A stretch of 64,000 nt of DNA from Thermoproteota archaeon (GCA_027491415.1 JAOZFH010000055.1:1-64000); one strand, 5' to 3'. Shown: positions 37,921 to 48,124, counted from the first letter of the stretch. Notes: generated by a model from the sequence alone, not told the origin. Program-made: numbers and translations.

Positions 37921-38374
37921 GGCGGGCAGAGACAGGGTTATCGTGGACACCTACGCCCTCATGGCCATGGTCTTCGGGGAGCTGTCCCCGAGGGCGGAGC
38001 GTGTGCTGCGCGGGATCAGGGAGGGCGAGTTCGAGGGGCTCGTCCCCCCGACGGTGCCATATGAGTTCGCCGTCCACTGGCTCAGGGGCAGGGTGCCCGG
38101 GCTCGGCAGCATGGGGGAGGTCAGGGCCTTCTTCTCAGCCTACTTCAGGGTGCTGGAGATGACGCTCGAGGACTACCTGGCGGCCGCGGAGATAAAGGAG
38201 AGGGGCGACGGGATCTTGGCCTCCTCCGGCGACCCGGAGCTGTCGGCCAGGAGGCTGAGCCTGACGGACGCCACGGTCATACGCGCCGCCCGGGCGGAGG
38301 GTGCGCCGATCCTGACTGGAGACGCCGACCTTTCCTACGTGGCCAAGAGCCTCGGCGTGGAGGTCGTGTGGTGA
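37901..38374 (+). CDS. vapC: PIN-domain toxin (VapC family)
   Basis: VIVDTYAL, YEF, LSLTDATV, ILTGDADL. Confidence 0.9.
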   Translation: MIGKRGRAGRDRVIVDTYALMAMVFGELSPRAERVLRGIREGEFEGLVPPTVPYEFAVHWLRGRVPGLGSMGEVRAFFSAYFRVLEMTLEDYLAAAEIKERGDGILASSGDPELSARRLSLTDATVIRAARAEGAPILTGDADLSYVAKSLGVEVVW

Positions 38375-38506
38375 CCCCCCGGCCCCGGCCGGGTAGGGGG
38401 GCCGACCATCGACGGCCAGGGTCGCGGCCGCGCACATTCCAGGGTTACCCTGATTCGGTGGGCGGCGGCCCGCTCAGCGCAAAAAATGTAGAGGAGTGGG
38501 CGGAGA

Positions 38507-40777
38507 TCAGGCCTCCACGCGAGACGGCCCCTCGACCTCCGAGTGGGTCTGAGGCTGGGAAGCACCCCCCTCGACTCTCCTGCGGCTGACCACGATCAGC
38601 AGGAGGACCAGCAGAACGACGAGGGCGGCGAGCAGGAAGACGATCAGGTCCGGCCACAGCCTGATCTCCAAGAGCCCGACCATGCCACCACCCTCTCGCG
38701 GACCGGGGCTCGACTCGGGGGGCCTGGTCACCCTGCAGCCGGCCTCGGTGCAGCCAGGCTCGGGCGTCCCGCCAGCCCCAGCTCCCGAGACCGAGAGCCC
38801 GATGACCTTCTCGTCTTGGGCGCCCCCGGCCGTGGCCCTCACCCTGATCGTGTAGCTCCCGGGAGATTCGGCCCAGAGGTAGAGGATGACGCGGTCGCCC
38901 GGGGAGGCCTGCTGGGCCGAGAGCTCGTAGTGGACCCCGGGATCCGCCTCGACCACCTCGAACGACGCCACGTCGGCATGGCCGTGGGTGACGGTGACCG
39001 CCAGCCAGGTCCTCACCTTCTGCCCGGGGGGCGCCGTTAAGGAGGGCTCCCCGACCAAGAGCTCGATGGCCGCCGCGGCTCCTCCCGGCGGCGGGCTCGT
39101 CTCAGGCGAGGTCGGGGTCCCGGCGGCGGACTTGGACTCCACGTTGAGGAATGCGGAGGTCGACCTGTGGATCCCGCCGCCCGCCGCGATCAGCATGAGC
39201 TCGTACGTTCCGGGCGGGGTCCCCTCCGTGGGGAGGACCCTCACGTGCGCCGCACTCCCCGGGTGGACGGGGGAGCCGTGTACGATGAACTTGGACCCCT
39301 GGGGCGGGTTGACCAGGAAGAGGTCAACGTCCTCCTGGAAGTCCCCGACTGGCTGGACGTAGACCTCGAAGGTGGCCGCGACCCCCTGAGTCGTCGACTG
39401 CTCCTTCGGGGAGACTATCAGGTAGAAGTCGCCCTCCGCTCCGGCCGGGGGCTGCTCCGGCTGTCCCGGCTGGGGCTGGACCATGATCCACGCGGAGGCG
39501 GAGTCGAGGAGCTGGCCGGACTGACCCACCACCGTGATGAGGTAGTTACCGGGCGGCGCCCAGCCGGGTATCTGCACCGTCAGAGTCGCCTCGGGCTTGG
39601 TAGCCGCGGCAGGGTTGACCGAAGGAGGAGTAAGCGTGATGGAGCTGCCTGCGGGTCCCCCAGAGGCGGAGAGCTGGACCCAGTCCGAGAATCCGAAGTG
39701 AGGGATCACGTGAACGGTGAAGGTGACCGTGCCTCCCGCCTGCACCGACTGCAGGGCCGGGGTCATCTGCAGGCTGAAGGTGGGCGGGTACTCCGGCGGG
39801 GGTGGCATGGTCGGCGGCGGCGGGAGGGTCGGCACCGGGGTCGGGAGTATTGGTATCTGGGGTATGACTATCTTCGGTATCTCAGAGATCTGGTCCCACG
39901 GGATGTCTGGCAGCGGGACCGGCTCTCCCCCCTCGCCCTCCATCGCGGAGATTATGTCCCCGAGGTTCGGAGGGATGGGAGGATCTTGTGGGATGAAGGG
40001 GATGTCCGGCAGGCCGTACCCCTCCACCTCGTACTCTTTGGGACCGTACTCAACGTAGAGGACGGGCCCACCCTGGTTAGACTCTGAGGAACTAAATAGA
40101 AGCTGGCAGGTCATCCCAGGGCCCCACTCGTACCCCTCCCACTCTAGGAGGGGTGCCAAGGCCATGTAGAAGTCCCCCGCCTCCTGTATCCTGTCCCTCA
40201 GCTCGTCGGTCAGGTCTATGACTATGGGGCTCCCCGTGCTGGGGGTTACGTAGAACCCAGCGACGGGGATGACGTAGTCCCACGGATCCCAGGCGGCCCC
40301 CTCGTCCTTCATCCAGTGCCCCCAGGTGGTCTGATCCTCGAAGAAGATGTGGTCGAATTTGGCGATCGCGAACCTGCACAGCTCAGAGTAGTCGTCGCCC
40401 GGCAGGTCGTAGTAGAGGTAGGTCGCCGGAATTATCAGGAAGACCCTCTTGACCTCCCAGCCCCCGGGGTCCGGCAGCTCGTACTTGAGGAGCGTGATGA
40501 CGTCCCACTTCTGCAGTATGGAGATGCAGGGCCCCCCGCCGCAGTACTGCCCCTCGGTCCACAGGTACCCAACGTCGAGGTATTCCATGTACCCGTAGTT
40601 GGACTCCTCATCCTCGGGGTGCTCGACTACCGTTAGGTCCGCGGCTGGGGAGATGTAGACCTTCAGGACATCGTCGGAGGGCGTCGACTGGACGGCCGTG
40701 AACGTTGCGGAGAGGAGGGCCGGCCCTAGGAGGGAAAGTATGATCAGTAATGTTTTGACGACATCACCATTGTTCAT
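38507..40777 (-). CDS. Cell-surface protein: DNRLRE-like domain, Pro-rich stalk, Ig-like repeats, C-terminal TM
   Basis: Signal peptide. PAAD...NYG...LDVG...LLKYELP...TTW...FSSSE...PVLYVEY. Pro-rich linker, three beta-sandwich repeats ending PPGNY/PPGTY/SPGSY, then TM plus RRR. Confidence 0.65.
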   Translation of the reverse strand: MNNGDVVKTLLIILSLLGPALLSATFTAVQSTPSDDVLKVYISPAADLTVVEHPEDEESNYGYMEYLDVGYLWTEGQYCGGGPCISILQKWDVITLLKYELPDPGGWEVKRVFLIIPATYLYYDLPGDDYSELCRFAIAKFDHIFFEDQTTWGHWMKDEGAAWDPWDYVIPVAGFYVTPSTGSPIVIDLTDELRDRIQEAGDFYMALAPLLEWEGYEWGPGMTCQLLFSSSESNQGGPVLYVEYGPKEYEVEGYGLPDIPFIPQDPPIPPNLGDIISAMEGEGGEPVPLPDIPWDQISEIPKIVIPQIPILPTPVPTLPPPPTMPPPPEYPPTFSLQMTPALQSVQAGGTVTFTVHVIPHFGFSDWVQLSASGGPAGSSITLTPPSVNPAAATKPEATLTVQIPGWAPPGNYLITVVGQSGQLLDSASAWIMVQPQPGQPEQPPAGAEGDFYLIVSPKEQSTTQGVAATFEVYVQPVGDFQEDVDLFLVNPPQGSKFIVHGSPVHPGSAAHVRVLPTEGTPPGTYELMLIAAGGGIHRSTSAFLNVESKSAAGTPTSPETSPPPGGAAAAIELLVGEPSLTAPPGQKVRTWLAVTVTHGHADVASFEVVEADPGVHYELSAQQASPGDRVILYLWAESPGSYTIRVRATAGGAQDEKVIGLSVSGAGAGGTPEPGCTEAGCRVTRPPESSPGPREGGGMVGLLEIRLWPDLIVFLLAALVVLLVLLLIVVSRRRVEGGASQPQTHSEVEGPSRVEA

Positions 40778-40955
40778 GCAGTCTACACTCTCCTAAACTG
40801 CGGCAGGACCTTATCACGATTTAAGTTATTACAGCCAGCCGCCGGCCCCGCGCCTGTAAACCTTGGCGACGCTCACTATGGTAGGTCAAGCTGAGAGAAA
40901 GGTTGATCCTAAAGGCTCCTTATGATGATATATTCAGAGCCGAGGCCAGAATAGC

Positions 40956-41681
40956 GTGAACCTACCGAGGGTCAAGATTCTCAAGCTGGGAACTCTCCTG
41001 GCCGAACCCGGGTCAGACGATCGCTATGTGACGCTTAGAGCCCTCTTGGGGGTTGGGGGCGGCTCGACGGTCACCCTGATCGAGTGCGTGGACGACAGGC
41101 TCATCCTGGTGGACACGGGATTCGACAGGGAGTGGGATCTCTCCGAGGAGAACGTGAAGAGGAACGCGAGATGCCTCAGAACTGCGCTCGAGGGTGAGGG
41201 GTTGAGGCCAAACGATGTAGACATCGTCTTCCTCACGCACCACCACCTAGACCACGCCGGGAACCTCCACATGTTCACGTCGGCCCTATGGCTGGGGTCG
41301 AGGCCGCTGGAGGGACGGATAAGGGGCCTTATGGGGGTGCGGGACGGGGAGGAGATCTGCCCGGGCGTCAAGGTGATCTACACCCCGGGGCACGTCGCAT
41401 CACACGCGTCGCTGCTGGTGGACGCGGTCCTCAGGGGGAGACCCTGGGGGGTGAACACCCTCACCAGGGCCAAGGTGGCGGTCGCAGGGGACGCGGTGAT
41501 CTCGGAGTCTTGGTTCAGGTCGGGCAAAGTCTACTCGCTTAACCGGGACTTCTACTCGGCCGAAGAGGCTAGGAGAAGCGCCTCGCTTCTGGCGAGGCTG
41601 GCCGAGGTGGTGATACCGGGGCATGGAATCCCTTTCACCACCGAGGGTTCCGCTTTTGACCGTCGCGCCGGGCCCGGATAG
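40956..41681 (+). CDS. Metallo-beta-lactamase fold hydrolase
   Basis: LVDTG, THHHLDHAGN, TPGH, AGDA, IPGHG. Confidence 0.88.
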   Translation: MNLPRVKILKLGTLLAEPGSDDRYVTLRALLGVGGGSTVTLIECVDDRLILVDTGFDREWDLSEENVKRNARCLRTALEGEGLRPNDVDIVFLTHHHLDHAGNLHMFTSALWLGSRPLEGRIRGLMGVRDGEEICPGVKVIYTPGHVASHASLLVDAVLRGRPWGVNTLTRAKVAVAGDAVISESWFRSGKVYSLNRDFYSAEEARRSASLLARLAEVVIPGHGIPFTTEGSAFDRRAGPG

Positions 41682-41789
41682 CCTCCGCCTGACCCGCCGG
41701 CTCCCTGTGGGTGATGAGCCCTCGTGGTCGCGGCGCTAACGTGCGCGCTCTCAGATTCGGCGCCCCCGCGCCTCCAGCGGACGTGAGAC

Positions 41790-41985
41790 CCGACAACCCT
41801 CTTGAAGGCTTCGGGGGTCATCACCAAGTCGGTTGGCAGGCCGTGATCCCTCAGGAACTCCAGGAACCGCGTCAATCGTGAGGAGGTGGATCCTGAACTC
41901 CCGCAAGGAGGCGTAGATGAGGTCGTCAATCAGGTCCCTGTGCCCCAGTGAGTATAGCTCCATGGCCAGCGCGCGCGAGCTGAGC
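41790..41985 (-). pseudogene. C-terminal PIN-domain remnant
   Basis: LYSLGHRDLIDDLIYASL...LLTID, then a frameshift into RFLEFLRDHG. N-terminal half absent. Confidence 0.5.
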
Positions 41986-42022
41986 GTCCCTTTGGATCCG
42001 AGCCTCCGCAGGGGCCGACCGC

Positions 42023-43279
42023 TCAGAGCGTCCCTATGGAGGACAGGTAGGCCTCTACCTGCTCCACCGTCGGCTCCACGACTGGCGGCGTCCCAACGGC
42101 CTCCACCACCACATCCGGGTCCTTCAGGCCGGAGCCTGTGATCTCCACCACTATGAGGTCGGTGGGATCCACGACCCCCTCGTCCTTGAGCCTGATCAGG
42201 CCCGCCAGGGACGCGACACCTGAGGGCTCGGCGAATATCCCCTCGTACCTCGCGAGGAGGCGCTGGGCCTCGAGGATCTCCTCGTTCGTCACAGCCACGG
42301 CCGTCCCGTTTGACTCCCTTATCGCCGTGAGGGCCGCATCTCCGTCCCACGGGAACGGGTCCTCCAGTCCTGTCGCCACGGTGTCGGGCTTCCCCCACGG
42401 CTCGATCTCGAAGGGTCCCCTGCCCTGCTGATAGGCTCTGACCAGGGGTGCGCACCCCGTCGACTGCACCGCGGCTATCCTCGGGAGGTCTCCGACGAAG
42501 TCAAGCTCCTTGAACTCCTTGAAGCCCTTCCAGTTGCCCGCCAGGAGCCCTCCTCCCCCCACGGGGATCATGACCCAGTCCGGCGCCATCCACCCCAGCT
42601 GCTCGAGGATCTCGTACGCCATGGTCTTGTTCCCCTCGAACTGGTAGGGGTTGAAGGGGCCGAAGCTTGGGGAGGGGTACCAGCCGTGCCTCCTCACCAT
42701 CTCGACCATCATCTTGACCGTGGGGTCCTCGTCAGTCTCCCACTTCAGCCGGACCACCTTGGCCCCGTAGAGCTGGAGCTGGGCCACCTTCCCAAGACCG
42801 GCGAAGTGCGGGACGAAGGTGATCACATCGATCCCCGCCTTTGCTCCGAAGGCCGCGAGCGCGGCGGCGGCGTTCCCGCTAGACGCGGTAACGGCGGTCT
42901 TTACGCCGAACTCGATAGCCTTAGCCACGCCGACGGCCATAGGCCTGTCCTTGAAAGACCAGGTTGGGTTCCTGGTCTCGTCCTTCAGGTACAGGTTCCT
43001 GAACCCAAGCCTGTCCGCCAGCCTGGTCGCCCTAATCAGCGGAGTGTTCCCCTCTCCCAGGTATACAACGGGGGTATCCTCCTCAATGGGAAGGAGCTCG
43101 CGGTACCTCCAAGTGCCCCCGGGCCTGAGCTCCAGCTCCTCCCTCGTCAAGACATCCGCTATGGCGTCGTAGTCGTAGTGGATATCCAGCCGGCCGTCCA
43201 TGTTGCTGCAGAAGTAGACCCTCTCTTCCGGGCTGTGCTCCTCGCCGCAGCGGGCGCAGACGAGCTTGGTCACGTACAT
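42023..43279 (-). CDS. thrC: Threonine synthase (PLP, fold type II)
   Basis: LGEGNTPL, NPTWSFKDR, ASSGNAA, PVGGGG, EGIFAEP, TGSGLKD. Confidence 0.88.
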   Translation of the reverse strand: MYVTKLVCARCGEEHSPEERVYFCSNMDGRLDIHYDYDAIADVLTREELELRPGGTWRYRELLPIEEDTPVVYLGEGNTPLIRATRLADRLGFRNLYLKDETRNPTWSFKDRPMAVGVAKAIEFGVKTAVTASSGNAAAALAAFGAKAGIDVITFVPHFAGLGKVAQLQLYGAKVVRLKWETDEDPTVKMMVEMVRRHGWYPSPSFGPFNPYQFEGNKTMAYEILEQLGWMAPDWVMIPVGGGGLLAGNWKGFKEFKELDFVGDLPRIAAVQSTGCAPLVRAYQQGRGPFEIEPWGKPDTVATGLEDPFPWDGDAALTAIRESNGTAVAVTNEEILEAQRLLARYEGIFAEPSGVASLAGLIRLKDEGVVDPTDLIVVEITGSGLKDPDVVVEAVGTPPVVEPTVEQVEAYLSSIGTL

Positions 43280-43367
43280 CTGGACCTCATGTCTCAGCGG
43301 GTCCCAAATTTTAACTGCTCCGCAGAGGCGAAGCCCTCATAAGGGGGGCCGGGTCGAAGTCTGGAGG

Positions 43368-44127
43368 GTGCTCAGCTACAAGGCGCGTCTACAAGACCTA
43401 CGGTTACCTCTCCGTGATAAACGGTGTCACGGTCGACTTCGAGCCTGGGGTCGTCCACGCGCTTCTGGGACCCAACGGATCCGGGAAGAGCACCCTCATC
43501 CGGATGGCGGTCGGGCTCACGAGGCCCGACTCCGGGAGGGTCACCGTGGCCGGGGTCAACCCGGCCGAGAGTCCGGAGGAAGCCAAGAGGGTGGCGGGCT
43601 ACGCGCCCGAAGAGGTGACCCTGTACGACAGCCTGACCCCCAGGGAGACCCTGGAGCTGGTGAGCTGGGCCCACGGTCTGGACGAGAGGCGCGCGGACAG
43701 GTTGGAGAGACTCTTTGGGCTGTTCGGGCTAGATGAGGAGGGAGACAGGCTCGTTGGGGAACTCAGCCTTGGAGCCAAGAGGACGATCCTCCCGTTCTCA
43801 TAATTGACGAGCCCTTCTCGGGGCTGGATCCGGAGGGGGGCCGCCATCCTGAGGGAGGTGATGAGGGAGGAGGCTGCGAGGGGGAAGACCGTGGTGTTCA
43901 CCACCCACGTGATGCCCGTAGCCGAAGCTCTTGCGGATGTGGTCACTATCCTGCACATGGGCAGGGTCGTGGCCAGGGGAAGGCCGGACGAGCTAAGAGA
44001 GGCTGTCTCCGCCTCGAGCCTGGAGGAGGTCCTCCTTAGGACGACGGGGATCGACGAGAGGATCCGCTCGCTGCTGAGGGTCCTGGAGGCGGGGGCTGAT
44101 CCGAGATGGGCCAGGAGTATGGCGTGA
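43368..44127 (+). pseudogene. Decayed ABC ATPase (paralog of 48250..49008)
   Basis: GPNGSGKST retained. Frameshift near the start and a deletion/frameshift between the signature and DEPFSGLDP. Confidence 0.8.
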
Positions 44128-44710
44128 GGAGGCTCGCCTCGCTCCTGGCTAGGGAGGCGGCCTACAGGGCGGGCGCCGGGAAGAGGGCGGGAAGATCCTC
44201 GCTCACCCGGTTTAACTCAATCTGGGCCATCCTTCTCGCCTCCTACTCAACACTCGTCGGAGCTTCGTCCGCCGCGACCCCCTGATAGCGGTGAAGCTCC
44301 CCCCGGCCTCCCTGCTCCTCGGCGGCCTGGCCGGATGGGTGGCCGTGTACCTGCTCGCCCTGGAGGGGAAGGGGGTTGAGTTCCTCGCCACCCTCCCCGT
44401 TGGAGTGCGGGAGGTCGTCCTGTTCAAGTCTGTCCTGTCCACCCTGATCTGCGTCCCCCCGGCGGCGGGGATCGCCGCGCTCGGAGTCAGGTTGGGCTCC
44501 TCGCAGGCTGGAGCCGCGTCGGGGGCGGCGTATCTGGCCGCGGTCGCGTCCTCGTCGGCGCTCATCTCCTCAAAGCCGATTACCTCCGTATCCCGGGGAG
44601 ATGAGAGGGGTCTCCGGTCCCTACACTCGGTCAGCGGCACGGAGACCCTTCTGATGCTCGGGACGTCGGCCCTATACGCCCGGGCCTGGCCTGGGTGGCC
44701 GACTTGGTAG
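44106..44710 (+). pseudogene. Decayed ABC permease (paralog of 49009..50547)
   Basis: LLAREAAYRA matches ILAKEASYRA, and YLLALEGKG...LP matches YLYALDAEG...LP. Most of the gene is deleted. Confidence 0.65.
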
Positions 44711-44802
44711 TGAGGGCATCCCTGGAGTTCGGGGCAGCCTGGCCTGGTGGGCTGCCTGCTGGATCCTTGCCGTCCTCCCGTTGGCCGTTGTGAGGGAGGT
44801 GC

Positions 44803-45339
44803 TCAGCGAAACCTGGAGGCCAGGTTCCTGAGGTGCTGGCTTATCCCGCCGAGCCCGAGGGTCATGAGGACCAGGCCCAGCAGGACGGTGACCGGCTCTC
44901 TGATGACTACCAGGAAGGACCCCAGGACCGTGAGTCCCCCGAGCCTGTCGAGCTTGAACCCGATCGGGGTTGCCTTCGCCACGTCGTGGGCCAGCAGGCC
45001 GATGACGGCCATGGGCAGAACCTCGCCCACAGAGCCGAGCGCGGACGCTAGGTTCCCCTGAGGCGCCAGGAGCTCCGCCGCGAGGGCCGCGGCGGAGGCC
45101 CCAAAAAGGGCCCCAGCCGCCCTCGCCCTCCCCGGTCGAGGCCAGGAGAGGGCCCACGTTGCGTGGGCCATGGCCGCGAGGAGAACGATCAGATAGACCC
45201 TGGAGGACAGCAGGAGGACGAGGGACCCAGCCAGGTATCCGACTACCGAGAACAGCGGGTAGAAGGCTGTCAGCCCCACCAGATCCCCGAGCTTAGCCAG
45301 CCTCCTTGGATCCGGGGGACTGGATCGCTCGTTGTCCAT
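44803..45339 (-). CDS. Hypothetical membrane protein
   Basis: About 5-6 hydrophobic helices, GGTGAT SD before ATG 45339. Confidence 0.6.
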   Translation of the reverse strand: MDNERSSPPDPRRLAKLGDLVGLTAFYPLFSVVGYLAGSLVLLLSSRVYLIVLLAAMAHATWALSWPRPGRARAAGALFGASAAALAAELLAPQGNLASALGSVGEVLPMAVIGLLAHDVAKATPIGFKLDRLGGLTVLGSFLVVIREPVTVLLGLVLMTLGLGGISQHLRNLASRFR

Positions 45340-45382
45340 CGAGATCACCGTGAGGCTGAAAGGAAAAAGTGGGAGGGGCGGC

Positions 45383-46981
45383 TCAGAGCGGGGCCGCCTG
45401 GGAAGCCAGCTTCCTCTCGACCTCGTCGATCCTCTTGGCCAGCTCTGGGTTCTCCCTCTCGAGCCTCTCCAGTCGGAGCATGTAGAGTTCCTCGGAGTTC
45501 TTGGTGAGCAGATCCTTGATGGAGACGCCGATGGCCTTGGAGCCGGTCCTAAGGGCGAAGACGAGTAGGCCGACCCAGAGCAGGATCCACAGGAGCCAGA
45601 TGACGATCTGCCCCGTGTAGCTCTTGGCGATCATGGCTGGCAGGAAGGTGGTGTCGGTGTACGGGTAGCCGCCCATGAGGCCATCCCAGAAGTCCCTCGC
45701 AAGTGTGTACGGCAGGTATCCGAGGTAGAAGAACGGCCAGATCAGCAGCCCAGTTATGTAAAGCATCCCGGTCCTCCCGTAGTTCCTGAACTCGCAGCCG
45801 AGCATGAAGACGGTCCCCATCCCCAGGAGGAACCCGCCGAAGAGGTCCATGGGCAGGCTGGTCATCTCTCTTATCGCAACGCCGGTGTGGTGGAACTCAA
45901 GACCCGTGGCCGCGGCGTAGGCCTCGGCAAAGCTCTCTGTTGCCCAGTGGTGACCCTCCATTATGCCGAAGACGGCGAACCCAATGAAGAAGGCCGTGCT
46001 AGCTATGATGATGTGGACGGCAAGTGCCGTGAACGGCTGCATGGCCATGAATATCGTCCTCAACGAGTAGGGCATCTTCCACTTCTTGGCGAACCCCAGC
46101 TCGTCCCTGGCTATCATCGGACCCATCTCGGCGTTGAGCACGGCGCACTCCGTGCCTATCCCCGTCTTAGCAACGGACGCGCCGAGCAGCCCGCCGACGA
46201 TGAGCCACAGGACTATGTTTGGCAGGTTCTTGGCGTTGATCATCACGCCCGCCATCTTCGTCTTGGCGAGGCTGTCGGCCCAGCCCATCTTGATGGCGTA
46301 GTCCACGCCGAATATCGCGTTGATGACGATCACTATCGCGAAGATAGCCCAGAACGCGTAGAGGGCCAGCCTGAGCCAGTCTCTGTTTGGGTTGTAGGAG
46401 TCGTCGAGGGTGAGGCCGTCTGCCCAGCCCCTCTTCTTGGCCTCCTCCACGTACCACTTGGTCTCCTGGGACTTGAAGTACTGCACCAGGCCGAACTTGC
46501 TCATTATCGCTATTCCGATCGCCGCGGCTATCGTGGCCGTGATCATCACCACGAAGCTCTTCACGTTCAGCGCCGACCATCCGCCGAGGAGGTGGTGGAG
46601 CGTGCAGCCTCCTGCCACCCTGGTGCCCCACGCGAACATGAAGGCCCCGAGCGCCGTGAAGACGTAGAAGGTCTTGGGGTACCTGACCCAGGTCCTCGTC
46701 TCTCCCTCGAGCCAGACCAGGACCAGCCCGGCCAGCAGGGCGCCGATGATTATCCACTGGATCGACGGCTGGTAGTCGGGCTTGGTGGCTATGAGGCTCC
46801 GGCCGAAGAGCCTGGCCTCGAGGCCCGCGAGCATCCTGGCCATGCCCGAGGTGACGCCGATGAACTTGTGCTTTGGGTGGCCGTAGGGGATGAACCAGTA
46901 GTTGATGGCCTCGGCGAGGCCGGTCATGACGCCCGCGGTCCACCAGGGCCACTGCTTCCCGAGCCAACCGGTCTTCGACAT
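45383..46981 (-). CDS. YeeE/YedE-family sulfur-compound transporter
   Basis: WPWWTAG, GTRVAGGCTLHH, GTEC, GGFLLGMGTVFMLGC. GGAGG before ATG 46981. Confidence 0.78.
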   Translation of the reverse strand: MSKTGWLGKQWPWWTAGVMTGLAEAINYWFIPYGHPKHKFIGVTSGMARMLAGLEARLFGRSLIATKPDYQPSIQWIIIGALLAGLVLVWLEGETRTWVRYPKTFYVFTALGAFMFAWGTRVAGGCTLHHLLGGWSALNVKSFVVMITATIAAAIGIAIMSKFGLVQYFKSQETKWYVEEAKKRGWADGLTLDDSYNPNRDWLRLALYAFWAIFAIVIVINAIFGVDYAIKMGWADSLAKTKMAGVMINAKNLPNIVLWLIVGGLLGASVAKTGIGTECAVLNAEMGPMIARDELGFAKKWKMPYSLRTIFMAMQPFTALAVHIIIASTAFFIGFAVFGIMEGHHWATESFAEAYAAATGLEFHHTGVAIREMTSLPMDLFGGFLLGMGTVFMLGCEFRNYGRTGMLYITGLLIWPFFYLGYLPYTLARDFWDGLMGGYPYTDTTFLPAMIAKSYTGQIVIWLLWILLWVGLLVFALRTGSKAIGVSIKDLLTKNSEELYMLRLERLERENPELAKRIDEVERKLASQAAPL

Positions 46982-47122
46982 GAGTCTACCTCCCGGAGGC
47001 TTGCTGCGGGCGCGCGTCGAGCGCGCTCCTATAAGTGTTATAACGCAGTTATTGCCCAAATCTGGGCCGTTGCTGGCACATAGTGCCCATAACTATCGCT
47101 TTTTGTGGCCAGAAGGATGAGG

Positions 47123-48124
47123 TCACAGGGCGACCCAGACGGCGGTCCTGCCCTCCCCGACGGCCGTCACGAATCCGGCCTCGCGGAGAATCCTCAGGGC
47201 ATTGTTCACGGTCCTCCTCGGGAGCCCGGTCATCCTGACTATCTCCCGGGTGGGAAGGGGCCCCTCGTGCTTGAGCAGGTAGTAGACGAACTTGCTGGAG
47301 GGGCCGCCCGGGACGTCCAGGCTGCTGGGCATCATGAAGGTGTCCCCCCTGAGGCCCAGCCTGAGGCTCTCGAGCGAGAGTACCTCCGACGGCGATATGT
47401 TCGCCAAGTTGACGTTCGGTCCCAGGTACTTGATCAGGGCAGCCTGCTGGTGCGTGAAGGGGGCCTCGAATACGAGGCTGTCCGGGCCGAAGGTCGACGC
47501 GAGGGAAGTTAGCCAGCCCCACCTGATGTTGCCGTGTGAGTCGAAGATGCAGGCCGATTTGCCAGATTCCCTGCCCTCGATTACCACCTTCCACGCCACC
47601 CCGTGCTTCAGGATGCCCGAGATCTCGCCTATCACGGCGGACAGGGGCATTTGTCTCGCCGGATCCTTCTTCCCCACCTCGGCGAACACCCTGAAGCCCC
47701 TGTCGCTGGCCTCCTCTATGAGCCTCAGGCGCCTCTCCAAGGGTATGTCCACGCTGCCCGAACTAACCTCCACCGCGTCAAACCCCAGCTCCCACAGCCG
47801 GTCCAGGAGATGAGAGCTAACCCCCTTGACCTCCGCCAGCTCTAGGAGGGTTCCCCCGACGCCCACGGATATGTCCCACTCTTGGTAGGTGCGGACCCGG
47901 TCGGTCAGGTCTCGAAGGTCGACTAGGAGGGGAAGGCCCCACCCGATCTTAGCGTAGTCCACGTACCTGGAGGCCATCTCGAGCCACTCCTCCGTGGGCC
48001 TCTGGGACAGCTTGTCGAGCACTATCGTCAGCCCAGCCTCCCGGGGCTTTCCCTCCCTCACCTCAGGAACCAGGTCCTCCATGAGCCACTCCGCCTTCCT
48101 GCCTCGGCCCCTCGGGCTGACCAT
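47123..48124 (-). CDS. comA: Phosphosulfolactate synthase (ComA) fused to C-terminal winged HTH
   Basis: GLTIVLDK, YAKIGWG, GGTLLE, EVSSG, EVGKK, IEGRESG, FEAP...GPNVNLANI...LRLGLRGDT, then wHTH (LLKHEGPL...TGLPRRTVNNALRILREAGFV). Confidence 0.85.
   Translation of the reverse strand: MVSPRGRGRKAEWLMEDLVPEVREGKPREAGLTIVLDKLSQRPTEEWLEMASRYVDYAKIGWGLPLLVDLRDLTDRVRTYQEWDISVGVGGTLLELAEVKGVSSHLLDRLWELGFDAVEVSSGSVDIPLERRLRLIEEASDRGFRVFAEVGKKDPARQMPLSAVIGEISGILKHGVAWKVVIEGRESGKSACIFDSHGNIRWGWLTSLASTFGPDSLVFEAPFTHQQAALIKYLGPNVNLANISPSEVLSLESLRLGLRGDTFMMPSSLDVPGGPSSKFVYYLLKHEGPLPTREIVRMTGLPRRTVNNALRILREAGFVTAVGEGRTAVWVAL

Noticed and set aside
41710-41755. GTGATGA as the C box of a C/D sRNA
   Set aside because: No canonical downstream D or D' box at the expected spacing.
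47123-48124. comA as evidence of methanogenesis
   Set aside because: No other CoM or mcr genes are in the window, and ComA homologs occur widely in non-methanogens.
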